In this document: in pieces, positions 1 to 10,555 of the stretch
Position numbering within the stretch: position 1 is the stretch's first letter
Layout of the letters: the number at the start of each line of letters is the position of its first letter
DNA from: an uncultured virus (IMG/VR IMGVR_UViG_3300038530_001278)
Taxonomy: Duplodnaviria; Heunggongvirae; Uroviricota; Caudoviricetes
Length of the DNA: 20,000 bases
Virus record (IMG/VR): IMGVR_UViG_3300038530_001278
Strand: one strand, 5' to 3'
Program-made: the position numbers and the translations under genes
The notes under the pieces: generated by a model
Seen by the model: the letters and a program-made list of their open reading frames with translations, nothing else
What the model was told of the DNA's origin: nothing
Database searches by the model: none

Positions 1-3000
1 ACTTTTAAATGTAGCAAGTATACCTGCTTGTCTACTAAGAAAGTCTGCTTCTGCATCAGTTCTAGGACCTTCTTGTAGTATCTCTTCAATATTGAATGGA
101 CCTTTAATATCTTGATCCATATTAGAACTAGTAATATCAATATTTTTCTTTGGGTTACCTTGTTTTACTTTTGCTCTTATTAAATCAAGAGCGTAGTTTT
201 GACCTTTATAGTTTGAAGGAATTGTAGTAGTTTCCTGTAATTTTGTATAGTATTTTAATATAGGTTGATTTATAAATAATAGAGATCTAAGCTGTCCAGC
301 TCCTACTGCAATCAAGTCTAGTAAAACAGTTGTCATATCAGAACTTAAGTTTACTTGTGCAGCTAATCCTAATTTAGCATTGTCAACAAACAATGTTATA
401 ATAGAAGAGATTGAATCAAACTTACTTCTTACACCTTCTGTTATATTTAGATCTGATCCTATGTCATCTTCTTTTTGTATTGTATAACTTTTATACTCTT
501 TACCATCAAAGATTACACCCGTAGGTTTAGCTAACATGTCTTCTCCAAACTGTGTTAATATTGAATATGCAGAGTTACCATTAGCACTTATACCTACACC
601 CTGTGCACTTCGTCTGTTTTCATTATGATAATCAAGTATACCTGTAACAGTAAAAGGAGATTTAGAAACTTCTCTTTCTCCATACATATCTACAAATGTT
701 TGAGCTTGTCCTGCAGTAGCCGGTGTAAACATAACTTCTTGTACTTCAGGTCTATTAAACACCTCAAACATATTATCTAACATTTTATTGTGTGATACTT
801 GTGGATGTGTATATACAGCTTGTCCTTCTTCGTTTAGTAATCCTAACCTTTGCATTGCCTCTGTAGGTCCTATTTTATACACTTGTTGTGCTAGTTTCAC
901 ATATTGATGATTAGACCAGTACTCTTTATACTGTTGTAAGTTTGGTTCATTGTCTAGTAGAACTCTAGTATTACCTTGTACTGTAGATGCATATCTATGT
1001 AAGTATAGTTTATCTAAGTCATAGTCAGATCCTGCTACAGCTCCTATCTGTCTAGGAACAACAATTGTATCTCCATGTGAATCTTCTAAGAACCCTACAA
1101 CCTTTAGAGGTATCATAGAGTGATAAGTTTGTACTGGTATACGTACACCAAATGCAGTTAGTAGTTTAGTAGGTACATCTTTAATATTAGTAAATTCATT
1201 TAGATTAAAAAACTTTCTAGATGCTAGTATTTCAGCATACTCTATAGCTCCATTTTTATTTCTATGTATCTTTAGTGGTTGTCCTGTTTGTGGATTTACC
1301 ATAAAACTACTAGAAGCAAGTGTAGCTTGTCCTCCAACTACTTCACTACGTAAAGCATCTCTATTAAATATGTCTACAATAGATTGTATAATAAGACTTC
1401 TAACATCTGGTAAATCTTCACTAAGAGTTTCTAACTTGTTTAATGTTTCTTCGTTCCTTATGCCTTTATTGTTATTAACTATTATTTGTTTTAGTAGTTC
1501 TATATTATCCGGATCATTTACAATAGCATTTATTAATTGATAGAATGTATTTTTACTATCTGCACTTGCTTGATTCATAGCTTCTACTATAGCTCTACCG
1601 TCCCCTACAACAACAGAACCAATAAGATCATGCAATTGTTTTGCTTGTGTTGCATAGGTCTCTAACCCGTATTTAGACTTAGTTCTGTTTACTACTTGAT
1701 CTCTTTCATATTGCATTTCTCCTTCCTGGATCAGATTATTAAACTGTCCTGCATCATCAGCAGTAGAGAAATAATTAGATGGTAAACTTTCTGGTGTCTT
1801 TCTTTTACTTGCACTTTCTGTTATTAAGTACATTACTTTTTGTGCATTAAGTGCATTATATATATTTAACAATACAGGATTACCAGCTACGTCTTGTTTT
1901 TCTGCCATCCTTTTTGTTATAATAAAGTCAGACTTTTTAAAGTATCTATTACCGTCTTCGTATACAGTCTTTGTACTATTTAAGTCAAGTTGATTTATTT
2001 CTCCTTGTGTAACAACTATATCCGGATCGTCTAAACTATCTCTTAGCTTTTCTAGTATTTTTCTTTGACTATCATTTTGATAGTTTTCTGATTCTAGTTC
2101 TCTGACGGCATACATTTCAAGAGTCATAAATACTTGTGCATCATTTGCACTTACTCCCTGTTGACCAAATGCTTCATCTTCTGAAAGTATATCATCTTGT
2201 ATTACAACATACTTGTATCCTATGTTTCCTTTCTTAAGACCTGCAGCATTAAATCCAGCAAGTCGTTTTACAAAGTCTTTGTCATCTTTAAAGTTAGAGT
2301 CACCGAGAGCTAATTGTGTATAATTACCCCCGTATATAAGATAGTTTATAGCAAGGTTACCTATCTTAGAATTAATATTACCAACGGAAGGACCTGTTAC
2401 TACTAACTTGTTAATCTCATCTAATAGTCCTAGTTCTTCTACTCTTTCTCTTAGATCTCTTACCACTTCTTGTAACATTGGTAAGATTATATTTTGTTTT
2501 ATAAATTGTTCTTGTCCATCTAATGTTTCTCTGTCTTTTAAATAGTCTTTTACTAACATTGTTTCACCATTAGGTGCTGTTATTGTTTTCTTTTCTAGTA
2601 TAGACAATATACCAAAGTAATTAGTTGAATCTAATTGTTCTTCTGGTGTTAAGTTACGTTCAAACTCTCTAACAAATAAACTTTTATATGCATCATCTAT
2701 TGCCTCTTGTGTGATGTTACCATCAAAATATATTTTCTTTGGAAGTTTTATTGCATACAAAGACTTTTTAGTTTCTATTACATGAGGCGTATAATATGCA
2801 TATCCTTCTGAGTCTTCTTCTAAGAATAAACTAAACATAAGAACAGCTCTTTGTTTTGCTGTAAGTGTTTTATTTGTAGCTGTATCATTACCTTCTACAA
2901 AGTCTCCTGCCATTTTTATTTCAATACCAGAAACTTTATTTTTTAGTAAGTTATTTTTAAATTTAGTTTCAAATAAACTATTCATTCTACCTTCTTGTAG

Positions 3001-6000
3001 CTTTCTAGCATTCTCCATATACAGATTTCTAGATACGTATTTATATCTTGACTTACCTTGTGCATCTCTATAGTTTGCTTCATATGTTTCAGGATCGAAT
3101 ATAGCAGCAATCTTTGCTAGTTTATAAAGCTTATCGTTTTGTTTTAGACTTAATGGTTTTTTGTTATATCTATCTAGCTTTTGTAGTGTTCCTCTAAATA
3201 GTGTTTTTATATTACCAAACTCGTTCATTTCTAGCTCTGGAAAAGCTTCCTTCATTTTTTGTTCACCTAGCATGTATGCTGCCGCTGCAGGTTCTATACT
3301 CCATCCTAGTTTATCAAAAGCATTTACAAGACTTTCTACTTTAGTATAAGGACTTGCTGGGTTATTAAAAATAGCTTCTATTTCTTCTATAGCAAGACGT
3401 TTAGTTTTGGGATCTATATTACTACTTCTACTATACCATTTATTTAATATTTGATTTATAGGTCCGTTTTGTACAGATTCTATTATAACTGCTTTATTCT
3501 TTTCTTTTAATAATTTTATATAGGGTAAATTAAATTTATTAAATGCATTTGTGAAAGAAGCTTCTATAGATGGATTTGCTTTTATAGCTAATACAACTCT
3601 AGATAACTGATCATCATACCTAGCAGCTGCTTCTAATCTTTTCATTACATCTCCCTCATCTATTTGATCTGAGACTACTTTCATTATATGTCCAGATATT
3701 GCATGACCGTCTAGTGTTTTTAGTATTTCTTTAGTCCCGTACTTTTCTGATTGCCATGTACGTCTACCAAATATATCTTCGCTTGGTGTAGTTATAGTTT
3801 TTATAAACTGTTTTACTCTTTGTGGAAGAGACGCAATTGCAGATATTTCGTTCCAGGCTATACTATAATTAGGATCTAGAACGTCTGGATCTTGCTGTGT
3901 ATATCTATAGTTGTATGTTACAGCTGTAATTATATCACTTCTATCAAAGTCAGGAGAGTTTAATATAGCTTTCTGACGTCTTGCAAATCTCATTTGTTCC
4001 TTAAGAATCTTAGCTTCTTCTGGAGTATATATATCTTTAGTTTTAAAAGATACTAAAGTTATACCTTCAATATACTCATCTAGCAACTCATTGATAGTAT
4101 TAGTTACATCCGGTAGATCTTTTGGATCTTTCTTCATGTATATTATAGGATCTACAGGTCCGTCTATAAGCTGAGCAGTAAGCTGATTAATAAGATCTAG
4201 TCTTACACCATTGTTAAGTCTATTAACATCTATGTTTTCTAATCTATCTTCTTTATTTAATTCATCTACTATATCTTCAAAGGTTTTATTTTTTTCTGGT
4301 GTTGGTTCAGGTTCTTGTTGAGTTCCTTCAGTCTCTGGTTTTTCTAATACAATTGGATTACCATCTTCATCAAAGAACTGTCCCTGTCCTACAAAAGTGC
4401 CTTCTGGTTCTACAGGTGCTTCTTCTACTTTAAGTTTAAATATATCATCACTTACTTCTATGGACATAGTAGCATTAGCAAATCCACCAGGTCCCATAGA
4501 AGACTCAAAGTTATCAGGTTCTATTTCTGATCCGTCATTAGGTATACTCTCTTTAAAACTTGTTTCATCTATAGCTGCGATGCCTTCGTATTTAGTAATA
4601 TACTGATTTATCGTATCTATTATAGTCTTTATAGATACGTTACTTCTAAGTCTAACATTTGGTATTATCTTTTGATCTGTACCATTAGCTTGTCTTTGAG
4701 ATCCGTATATACTTAGTTTATATGAGTTTGTTTTTCTATCTAAATCTACACCTACGTTTACATATAGATTTCTAGATCCTGCTATAAATAAATTTAATTT
4801 TTTATTTATTCTATTTATTTCGTTTGTAAAGTGTTTTTGTGTGTACTTGCCTTCCTTTATTTGTTTGTTAAGTGTAATAATCTCTGCTTTTACTTCATCT
4901 AATCTTTGTTTTAGTTGTTTTGTATTTACTCGTTTAGGAAATATTCTTACCCATTCAACAACCTCACCTTGTTTTACTAGTGCAAAGTATCTACCTTCAA
5001 AGGTATTTTCATTAGGAAGCTTAGCAAACTCTTTTTTAGATGGTGTTTTACCATATATTATTTTCTTTTCAAGTCTATCGTATATAATATAGTCTCCGTC
5101 ATAAGTATGTGGAACTACTTTATTAGTTAAAGATATACGGTTTTGTTGGTTAGGGGTCGGAGTAATCTTTGCACTAACATTAAACTTAAATAAACTATCA
5201 TCTAGTATCTGTGGTTTTTCTAGAGTTGCATTAGGATACAATTTTTCTAGTTGGTCTAATGTTTGTTTTAATGTTTTGTAATTATTACCCCAGGCTTTCC
5301 ATTGTTCATCTGTAAATGTACCTACCTTATTAAAGTTTTTTACAAAAAACTCTTCGGTCATTTGATCTCCCTCTATCAAATTACCATCTATATCATAAAA
5401 TCTATTATTAGATCTTACTACACCTAAGATAGTACCGTCTTCTCTATCTCTTATTATTAAGAAAGATCCGTTCATGTTTATTAGCATGCCTGGATTCTTT
5501 TTATGTGTATCTGATAACTTTCTAGGTATATTTACAAATTCTACTTGTATTCTTTTTCTCAGGTTTGGGTCGGTTGTTAGTAACCTTTCTAGTGTTTCTC
5601 TAGATATAGTATTCATAGATGCTTCTTCTGATGCTACCTGTAACCAGTAAGTATCTAAAAAGTTATCTCTATGTCTTGGATCTGCTTCAGAAGATAGCGA
5701 GACTAGTTCTACTACGCCTTTTCCTTCAGTAACTCTAATGTTTTTACCTTCTTCATCTTTTTCATCTAGTATATATTGTTTCTTTCCATTTGGTCCAACC
5801 TCTACATTTAGAACTCTCCCGGTTTTATCTTTACCATATTTAATATGTGTAGGACCTGCTTCAGGAACCATTTCAGAAAATACTTTAGATTCTGCTTTCT
5901 TTTGTGCTGCCTCTTCTCTTCTTTGTTGTGCATCTGCTTCTTGTTGTGCTTCTATTTGTGCTTTTTTTCTTCTTTCAAAGAAGTTTTCTTTTTTCTTTTT

Positions 6001-8679
6001 TGACGTGCTTTCTTTTTTTAGCGGCTCTTCATTTTCTTTTTCTTTTTCTAATGTTGTTTTTTTAGCTTCGTTAATATCGTTTTGCAGATTCTCCCAAGTA
6101 TCAGGAGAAGTTAGTAGTTCATTTATTTTATCGTCTGCTTGTTTTATTATATTATCATACTTCTCAGATAAGGCATTATATACATCATCTATTTTCTGTT
6201 GATCATCTGCTTGTTTTACTTTTAACGCTTCAAACACATCTTTAAACTGCGGATCTTTTTGTAAAGCTTTAAGCAGTTTATTAAAAGCAGCTGGGCTTTT
6301 TGATGCTTTTCTATAGAGCTCATCAAGCTGTTCTCTTTGTAGTTGTGCTTTTGTTTTACCAAGAGCTAAAGTTCTTAATCCATTAATTATTGAGACCGGT
6401 ATATTTTCTATATCAGATAGTCTAGCTTTTTCCGGGTCTGACATAATATCTAGTAAACTATTATTAACACTTTGTAAGTTTTCTAAATATTTCTTTTGTG
6501 CCTCTAGTTTTTTTAATGTTTTGTTTCTTACTGGTCTCGTTAAATTTTTGTTTGCTCTTGTTTTAGCTATTCTTTTATCTAAGCTTTCTATTTTTTCTTT
6601 ATAGTTTTGATCAAGCAATAAAGACTGTCCTGCTATATACTGTCCTTTTGGAGACAAATAGCTATATGCTATCTCATTATCTTTCCATAAGGCAGTCATG
6701 CCTTCTACTCTTCGTTTTAGTTTATTATACTGATACCTACTAATATTACCTGCAGCGTATATATTACTTAATTTATCTAGTATTCGATCTGATTTTCCCT
6801 CAGCTATTAAGCTCATGAGATCTGGATCATACGCAGCATTAGTAATTGTTCGAACTCCTGCTCCTAATATAAAGCCAATAGCTCCTTCTCCTAGCATTTG
6901 TTCTATATCAAACAGCTGTGTAGGGTCATCTCTAAATTTACCTGCTCCTTGTGTTGCTTCTTCTGGTGCAAAGTAAGCATTGTATGTTTGTTTTGTTGCA
7001 TCTATTACTGCACCTTGAGCTATTTCTTCTGTTCCTTCTTCAATACCTGAGCTTAATCCTCTACCTAGTCTTGTAGTTATTCCTCCTGCTCCTATTCTTT
7101 CTAACCTTTCAAATACATTTTTTAGTATAGGACCTGTCATTTTATCTAGGAACTCTTTGCTATTAACTTTCATTCCTGTTCTTTCAGCAAAGTTGAATAT
7201 AGCTCTGTATATTTCATTGTTGCCTCTAACTCCCATCATTCTATTTGCTAACCGGTTTGTACCAAAACCATACTCTATCAGAGTATTTATAAATCCTACG
7301 GTTAGTCCCATAGTAGCTGCTTCGTCATCATCTAATCCATCTAGCTTAGCTTGTTTATATATCTCACCGGCATTTATCGGCATACCTCCAGCCATATGAC
7401 CCATCATACTTGATAGTTTAGCAGGAAACTTCTTACCTAATTTTTTAGCTAGAAACAATCCTCCTTTTGTAAAAAGCTTAGAACCTACACTACCCATTCC
7501 CCAGAATGATAATAGTGATGCTAGTCCACTTCCTAATCCATTAGAAAAAGAAGCTCCACTTGCAAATAAATCATCTGTTTGTTCAGCTGCAGATCTACTA
7601 AATCTATTGAACTCTGTATTAACTCTTGCTTCAGATGCAACTCTATCAGTCCATCCGTCTGGATTAGAATCCCAATCTCCTGTACCAAAGAATTTATTAT
7701 ATCCTGCTTCTGCTAAGTCTGTAGTTAACTCTGCAAAGTTTAATAAATCAGGAACTAAACCACCAAGAGTATGACTAAACCCATCATTAAAAGCTTGTAA
7801 TGCACTTTTAGCCATAACATTAGGACCATGTGCGTTCATTAATGCTCCTCCTATTCTTCTAAACTCTTCTTCATCTAAGGTTTTACTTTCTTGTAGTATA
7901 AAGTCTCCGCTTTCTTCATCATATACAGGATAGAATCCTCTGTAAGCATAAGGATCTACATTCTTACCAGCATAACTACTACCAAATATTCTATCTAGAA
8001 TATTGTTTTCTCTTTCTTCTTGAAGTCTTTGAGAATAAGCATCTGGAAATAGCTCTCTGTAGGCAGCCTCTAGTCTTTTTGATTCTATGTGACTTTCTGT
8101 ATATCCTCGTAGTCTTAGTTCTTCATCAGTATATTTTTCAAATTGACTCGGGTTAAAGATAGAAGTAGGACTATAATCATAGGTTCTTCTAGGTTTATAG
8201 CCATTGATGTCTCTACCCATTAATCTATCTAAGAAACTTGCTTCATCAGCAATGTCTTGTATATTAACTATTTCACCTTCGACAGTACGAACTTTACCTT
8301 TTCTAAATAGCTCTATAGCTTTTTGTTGATAGGGTGTATTTGCTTCTGCTTGTGGTGAAGTTTCTGTTCCTCTAGATCTTATAGGACCAAATATAGGTGC
8401 ATTCTCTGGTAAGAAATCTTTAGGTACATTATCTTCATCTGGACTTATAAAAAAGTCTATGTTTTCTTGAACATTTTGTTCTCTGTTTCTAATGTTTTCT
8501 TGAAACGCTGCAATATCTAAACTAGGAAAAGATATTCTAGTATCATCCGGAGTAAGATCTAGTACACCTAAAGTATTTGTTACTGGTTGTTTATTAGGAT
8601 CAGTCTGCTGTTCAAATCTACGAGAAGACGGTCCAGGAGTAAAACCACCAGATTGCATATCTTTCTTTTTCTTCTGCAT
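1..8679 (-). CDS. Giant virion-associated RNA polymerase polyprotein (crAss-like two-barrel RNAP), 3'-truncated by the window edge, at least 2893 aa
   Basis: Manual translation from ATG at 8679 (MQKKKKDMQSGG..., 2 nt after the upstream stop) shows no in-frame stop to base 1, which explains its absence from the ORF track. Contains FGVRIPVQTYHSMIPLKVVGFLEDSHGDTIVVPRQIGAVAGSDYDLDKLYL (DxDxD at 1012-1026), plus FVKRLAG, ANDAQVF (DAQ 2134-2142), FVDNAK and FINQPII, resembling crAss-like virion RNAP motifs (phi14:2 gp66 type, DFDID). Confidence 0.93.
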   Translation of the reverse strand, partial: MQKKKKDMQSGGFTPGPSSRRFEQQTDPNKQPVTNTLGVLDLTPDDTRISFPSLDIAAFQENIRNREQNVQENIDFFISPDEDNVPKDFLPENAPIFGPIRSRGTETSPQAEANTPYQQKAIELFRKGKVRTVEGEIVNIQDIADEASFLDRLMGRDINGYKPRRTYDYSPTSIFNPSQFEKYTDEELRLRGYTESHIESKRLEAAYRELFPDAYSQRLQEERENNILDRIFGSSYAGKNVDPYAYRGFYPVYDEESGDFILQESKTLDEEEFRRIGGALMNAHGPNVMAKSALQAFNDGFSHTLGGLVPDLLNFAELTTDLAEAGYNKFFGTGDWDSNPDGWTDRVASEARVNTEFNRFSRSAAEQTDDLFASGASFSNGLGSGLASLLSFWGMGSVGSKLFTKGGLFLAKKLGKKFPAKLSSMMGHMAGGMPINAGEIYKQAKLDGLDDDEAATMGLTVGFINTLIEYGFGTNRLANRMMGVRGNNEIYRAIFNFAERTGMKVNSKEFLDKMTGPILKNVFERLERIGAGGITTRLGRGLSSGIEEGTEEIAQGAVIDATKQTYNAYFAPEEATQGAGKFRDDPTQLFDIEQMLGEGAIGFILGAGVRTITNAAYDPDLMSLIAEGKSDRILDKLSNIYAAGNISRYQYNKLKRRVEGMTALWKDNEIAYSYLSPKGQYIAGQSLLLDQNYKEKIESLDKRIAKTRANKNLTRPVRNKTLKKLEAQKKYLENLQSVNNSLLDIMSDPEKARLSDIENIPVSIINGLRTLALGKTKAQLQREQLDELYRKASKSPAAFNKLLKALQKDPQFKDVFEALKVKQADDQQKIDDVYNALSEKYDNIIKQADDKINELLTSPDTWENLQNDINEAKKTTLEKEKENEEPLKKESTSKKKKENFFERRKKAQIEAQQEADAQQRREEAAQKKAESKVFSEMVPEAGPTHIKYGKDKTGRVLNVEVGPNGKKQYILDEKDEEGKNIRVTEGKGVVELVSLSSEADPRHRDNFLDTYWLQVASEEASMNTISRETLERLLTTDPNLRKRIQVEFVNIPRKLSDTHKKNPGMLINMNGSFLIIRDREDGTILGVVRSNNRFYDIDGNLIEGDQMTEEFFVKNFNKVGTFTDEQWKAWGNNYKTLKQTLDQLEKLYPNATLEKPQILDDSLFKFNVSAKITPTPNQQNRISLTNKVVPHTYDGDYIIYDRLEKKIIYGKTPSKKEFAKLPNENTFEGRYFALVKQGEVVEWVRIFPKRVNTKQLKQRLDEVKAEIITLNKQIKEGKYTQKHFTNEINRINKKLNLFIAGSRNLYVNVGVDLDRKTNSYKLSIYGSQRQANGTDQKIIPNVRLRSNVSIKTIIDTINQYITKYEGIAAIDETSFKESIPNDGSEIEPDNFESSMGPGGFANATMSIEVSDDIFKLKVEEAPVEPEGTFVGQGQFFDEDGNPIVLEKPETEGTQQEPEPTPEKNKTFEDIVDELNKEDRLENIDVNRLNNGVRLDLINQLTAQLIDGPVDPIIYMKKDPKDLPDVTNTINELLDEYIEGITLVSFKTKDIYTPEEAKILKEQMRFARRQKAILNSPDFDRSDIITAVTYNYRYTQQDPDVLDPNYSIAWNEISAIASLPQRVKQFIKTITTPSEDIFGRRTWQSEKYGTKEILKTLDGHAISGHIMKVVSDQIDEGDVMKRLEAAARYDDQLSRVVLAIKANPSIEASFTNAFNKFNLPYIKLLKEKNKAVIIESVQNGPINQILNKWYSRSSNIDPKTKRLAIEEIEAIFNNPASPYTKVESLVNAFDKLGWSIEPAAAAYMLGEQKMKEAFPELEMNEFGNIKTLFRGTLQKLDRYNKKPLSLKQNDKLYKLAKIAAIFDPETYEANYRDAQGKSRYKYVSRNLYMENARKLQEGRMNSLFETKFKNNLLKNKVSGIEIKMAGDFVEGNDTATNKTLTAKQRAVLMFSLFLEEDSEGYAYYTPHVIETKKSLYAIKLPKKIYFDGNITQEAIDDAYKSLFVREFERNLTPEEQLDSTNYFGILSILEKKTITAPNGETMLVKDYLKDRETLDGQEQFIKQNIILPMLQEVVRDLRERVEELGLLDEINKLVVTGPSVGNINSKIGNLAINYLIYGGNYTQLALGDSNFKDDKDFVKRLAGFNAAGLKKGNIGYKYVVIQDDILSEDEAFGQQGVSANDAQVFMTLEMYAVRELESENYQNDSQRKILEKLRDSLDDPDIVVTQGEINQLDLNSTKTVYEDGNRYFKKSDFIITKRMAEKQDVAGNPVLLNIYNALNAQKVMYLITESASKRKTPESLPSNYFSTADDAGQFNNLIQEGEMQYERDQVVNRTKSKYGLETYATQAKQLHDLIGSVVVGDGRAIVEAMNQASADSKNTFYQLINAIVNDPDNIELLKQIIVNNNKGIRNEETLNKLETLSEDLPDVRSLIIQSIVDIFNRDALRSEVVGGQATLASSSFMVNPQTGQPLKIHRNKNGAIEYAEILASRKFFNLNEFTNIKDVPTKLLTAFGVRIPVQTYHSMIPLKVVGFLEDSHGDTIVVPRQIGAVAGSDYDLDKLYLHRYASTVQGNTRVLLDNEPNLQQYKEYWSNHQYVKLAQQVYKIGPTEAMQRLGLLNEEGQAVYTHPQVSHNKMLDNMFEVFNRPEVQEVMFTPATAGQAQTFVDMYGEREVSKSPFTVTGILDYHNENRRSAQGVGISANGNSAYSILTQFGEDMLAKPTGVIFDGKEYKSYTIQKEDDIGSDLNITEGVRSKFDSISSIITLFVDNAKLGLAAQVNLSSDMTTVLLDLIAVGAGQLRSLLFINQPILKYYTKLQETTTIPSNYKGQNYALDLIRAKVKQGNPKKNIDITSSNMDQDIKGPFNIEEILQEGPRTDAEADFLSRQAGILATFKS

Positions 8680-8681
8680 CT

Positions 8682-10553
8682 TTATGGTATTTCATTTAGC
8701 TTTGTTAATTCTGTAGGTCGTCTAAACATAGCCCCACTTGTTGCTTTTATAACTTCTGGAAGTATTCCTTGTCTTATATTATCAAGTACGTTTTGTTGTC
8801 TTGGAGTTAATTGTCTTCCTGCACGTACAGATGCTAATATTCCATTAACTTCATTTATAGCTGCAGCAACAATAGGACTACCTGCACCAGGTTGTAGTAT
8901 TTTTTGGTATTGTTGCAATCTTTGTTTTGTACTATGGAAGTCTGTTACTCCTCCTACAACTCTATATCCTGGCATCAATCCTCCTCCTGGAGTTCCTACA
9001 TTAAATACAACAGACTCAACAGGTGTAGGATCAGCAAGAACAAATCCTTGACTTACTTCTCCCTTTTCATCAAATACTTCATATTGTACTTTTGGTTTTT
9101 GTTCCACAATCAATGCTCTTCCATCTGTCATATTTAAATAAGTAACTTCTTGTCCATTAACATTTACACTTTTAGGTATAAATGATTCAAGATTTCTTTC
9201 TAGTTTATTTGAACCTCCAATAAATCCTCCAACTTTTCCACTAAAAGGTAGCTCGTTTGCAAAGTTTGCTTGTGTTTCTGCGTTCCATTCTAGACCTTGT
9301 TCTTTAAGAGCATCTGCTATATCTTGTGTTCTTAATCCAAATGCACCAGAACTCATGTCTGCAACTATAGGAACTAACTGAGCTGTTCCTGTTCTTCTAG
9401 CATTATAAGATTGTGTAGAAGGACCATCTGTAAACTTTGATCTAGAAACAAGATTACCACTAGCATCTGTTAAATCAATTATTTTTCCAGGTAATTGTCT
9501 TTGTCTAATATCCTCTTGTGAATAATTTGTGTTAATAGCATCTGCACTTGAATAGTATGATGCTTCATCATCTCCTGCCATACCCAAAATATTATAATCA
9601 TCTTCTTTAAAGCCTCTCATGTCTCCTTCAATGTATTGAGTTCCAAAGTCTGTTGGTAATGTTGTAGTATCTTGATTAGCTGCTAATAAAGCATTTCTAT
9701 AACTTGTATTTAAGTTAATACCTTCTTGATTATAAACAAACTCATTACCTACGTTTTGTAGTTGTGATTTCCATACATTATCAAATGCAGTCTTATCAAA
9801 AGGCTGTCCACTAAACTGAGCCTGTGCTTGAGCATTCTCTAACGACTGTTGATATTCTTTAGTTCTTGTTAAATCATCAAACACAGAGTTTACAATAGCG
9901 TCTATTCTTGGTTGAGACACTCCTTGACTAGTTAATACATCAAAGAACTGATTAACTTTATATCCTTTATTAGCTTTTAGATTTTCAAAGAAAGCTTCTA
10001 GTGCTGGTCTTCTATCTACAGTAGATCCTATATATGATTGATAAGCTTGAGGCGTACCATCTGGACCCATTGTAGTAAAGTTAGGATCTGATAAGTATAT
10101 AGGAGCAAGTCCTTTAACTCTCATTTCATCTAGTATTTTTTGATCTGCATCAAATTTCTTTTTGTTATCTATAGCTTGGTATAACCATGGATTTTTAGAT
10201 ACGTCTTTTGCTAGTCCTCTAACAAACTGATCGCCTTTTTCAAAAGCACCTCCTGTATCTTGTACAAAAGTATCTATCTGATCTTGTAATCCTTTGATTA
10301 AATTTTGTTTTTCAATAGAGTCTCCCTCCATAACTTGAGCAGCTGCTAATGCTTCTTGTAAACTATCTTTGTAATCTGCTACTCTTCTGTATTCTTTATT
10401 TAGTCCTTCCATAGCTGTTTGTACAGCTGTAACCGGAACGTCTGTATATAACTTACCTAATGAGGCTAGATTCATATCATCAAAAGGACTTCTCCTTCTT
10501 CTTCTACCTCTATAGTATTCTCTTGGTCCGTAATATCCTGGATAATAACTCAT
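8682..10553 (-). CDS. Putative virion cargo/ejection protein, 623 aa
   Basis: Long ORF tightly coupled between the cargo genes and the RNAP gene, the position of cargo proteins in crAss-like phages. Helical N-terminal half and a Tyr/Arg-rich N-terminal arm. Function inferred from position only. Confidence 0.65.
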   Translation of the reverse strand: MSYYPGYYGPREYYRGRRRRRSPFDDMNLASLGKLYTDVPVTAVQTAMEGLNKEYRRVADYKDSLQEALAAAQVMEGDSIEKQNLIKGLQDQIDTFVQDTGGAFEKGDQFVRGLAKDVSKNPWLYQAIDNKKKFDADQKILDEMRVKGLAPIYLSDPNFTTMGPDGTPQAYQSYIGSTVDRRPALEAFFENLKANKGYKVNQFFDVLTSQGVSQPRIDAIVNSVFDDLTRTKEYQQSLENAQAQAQFSGQPFDKTAFDNVWKSQLQNVGNEFVYNQEGINLNTSYRNALLAANQDTTTLPTDFGTQYIEGDMRGFKEDDYNILGMAGDDEASYYSSADAINTNYSQEDIRQRQLPGKIIDLTDASGNLVSRSKFTDGPSTQSYNARRTGTAQLVPIVADMSSGAFGLRTQDIADALKEQGLEWNAETQANFANELPFSGKVGGFIGGSNKLERNLESFIPKSVNVNGQEVTYLNMTDGRALIVEQKPKVQYEVFDEKGEVSQGFVLADPTPVESVVFNVGTPGGGLMPGYRVVGGVTDFHSTKQRLQQYQKILQPGAGSPIVAAAINEVNGILASVRAGRQLTPRQQNVLDNIRQGILPEVIKATSGAMFRRPTELTKLNEIP

Positions 10554-10555
10554 AT

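Noticed and set aside
1..8680. Apparent gene desert or pseudogene in the ORF track
   Set aside because: Artefact of an ORF whose stop lies outside the window.
3161..9137. Plus-strand ORFs 3161-3349, 4397-4606, 4841-5092, 5738-6202, 7157-7399, 8587-9051, 8904-9137
   Set aside because: Antisense shadows of the long minus-strand genes; Ser/Phe/Leu-rich composition is what the reverse complement of Glu/Lys-rich coding sequence gives.
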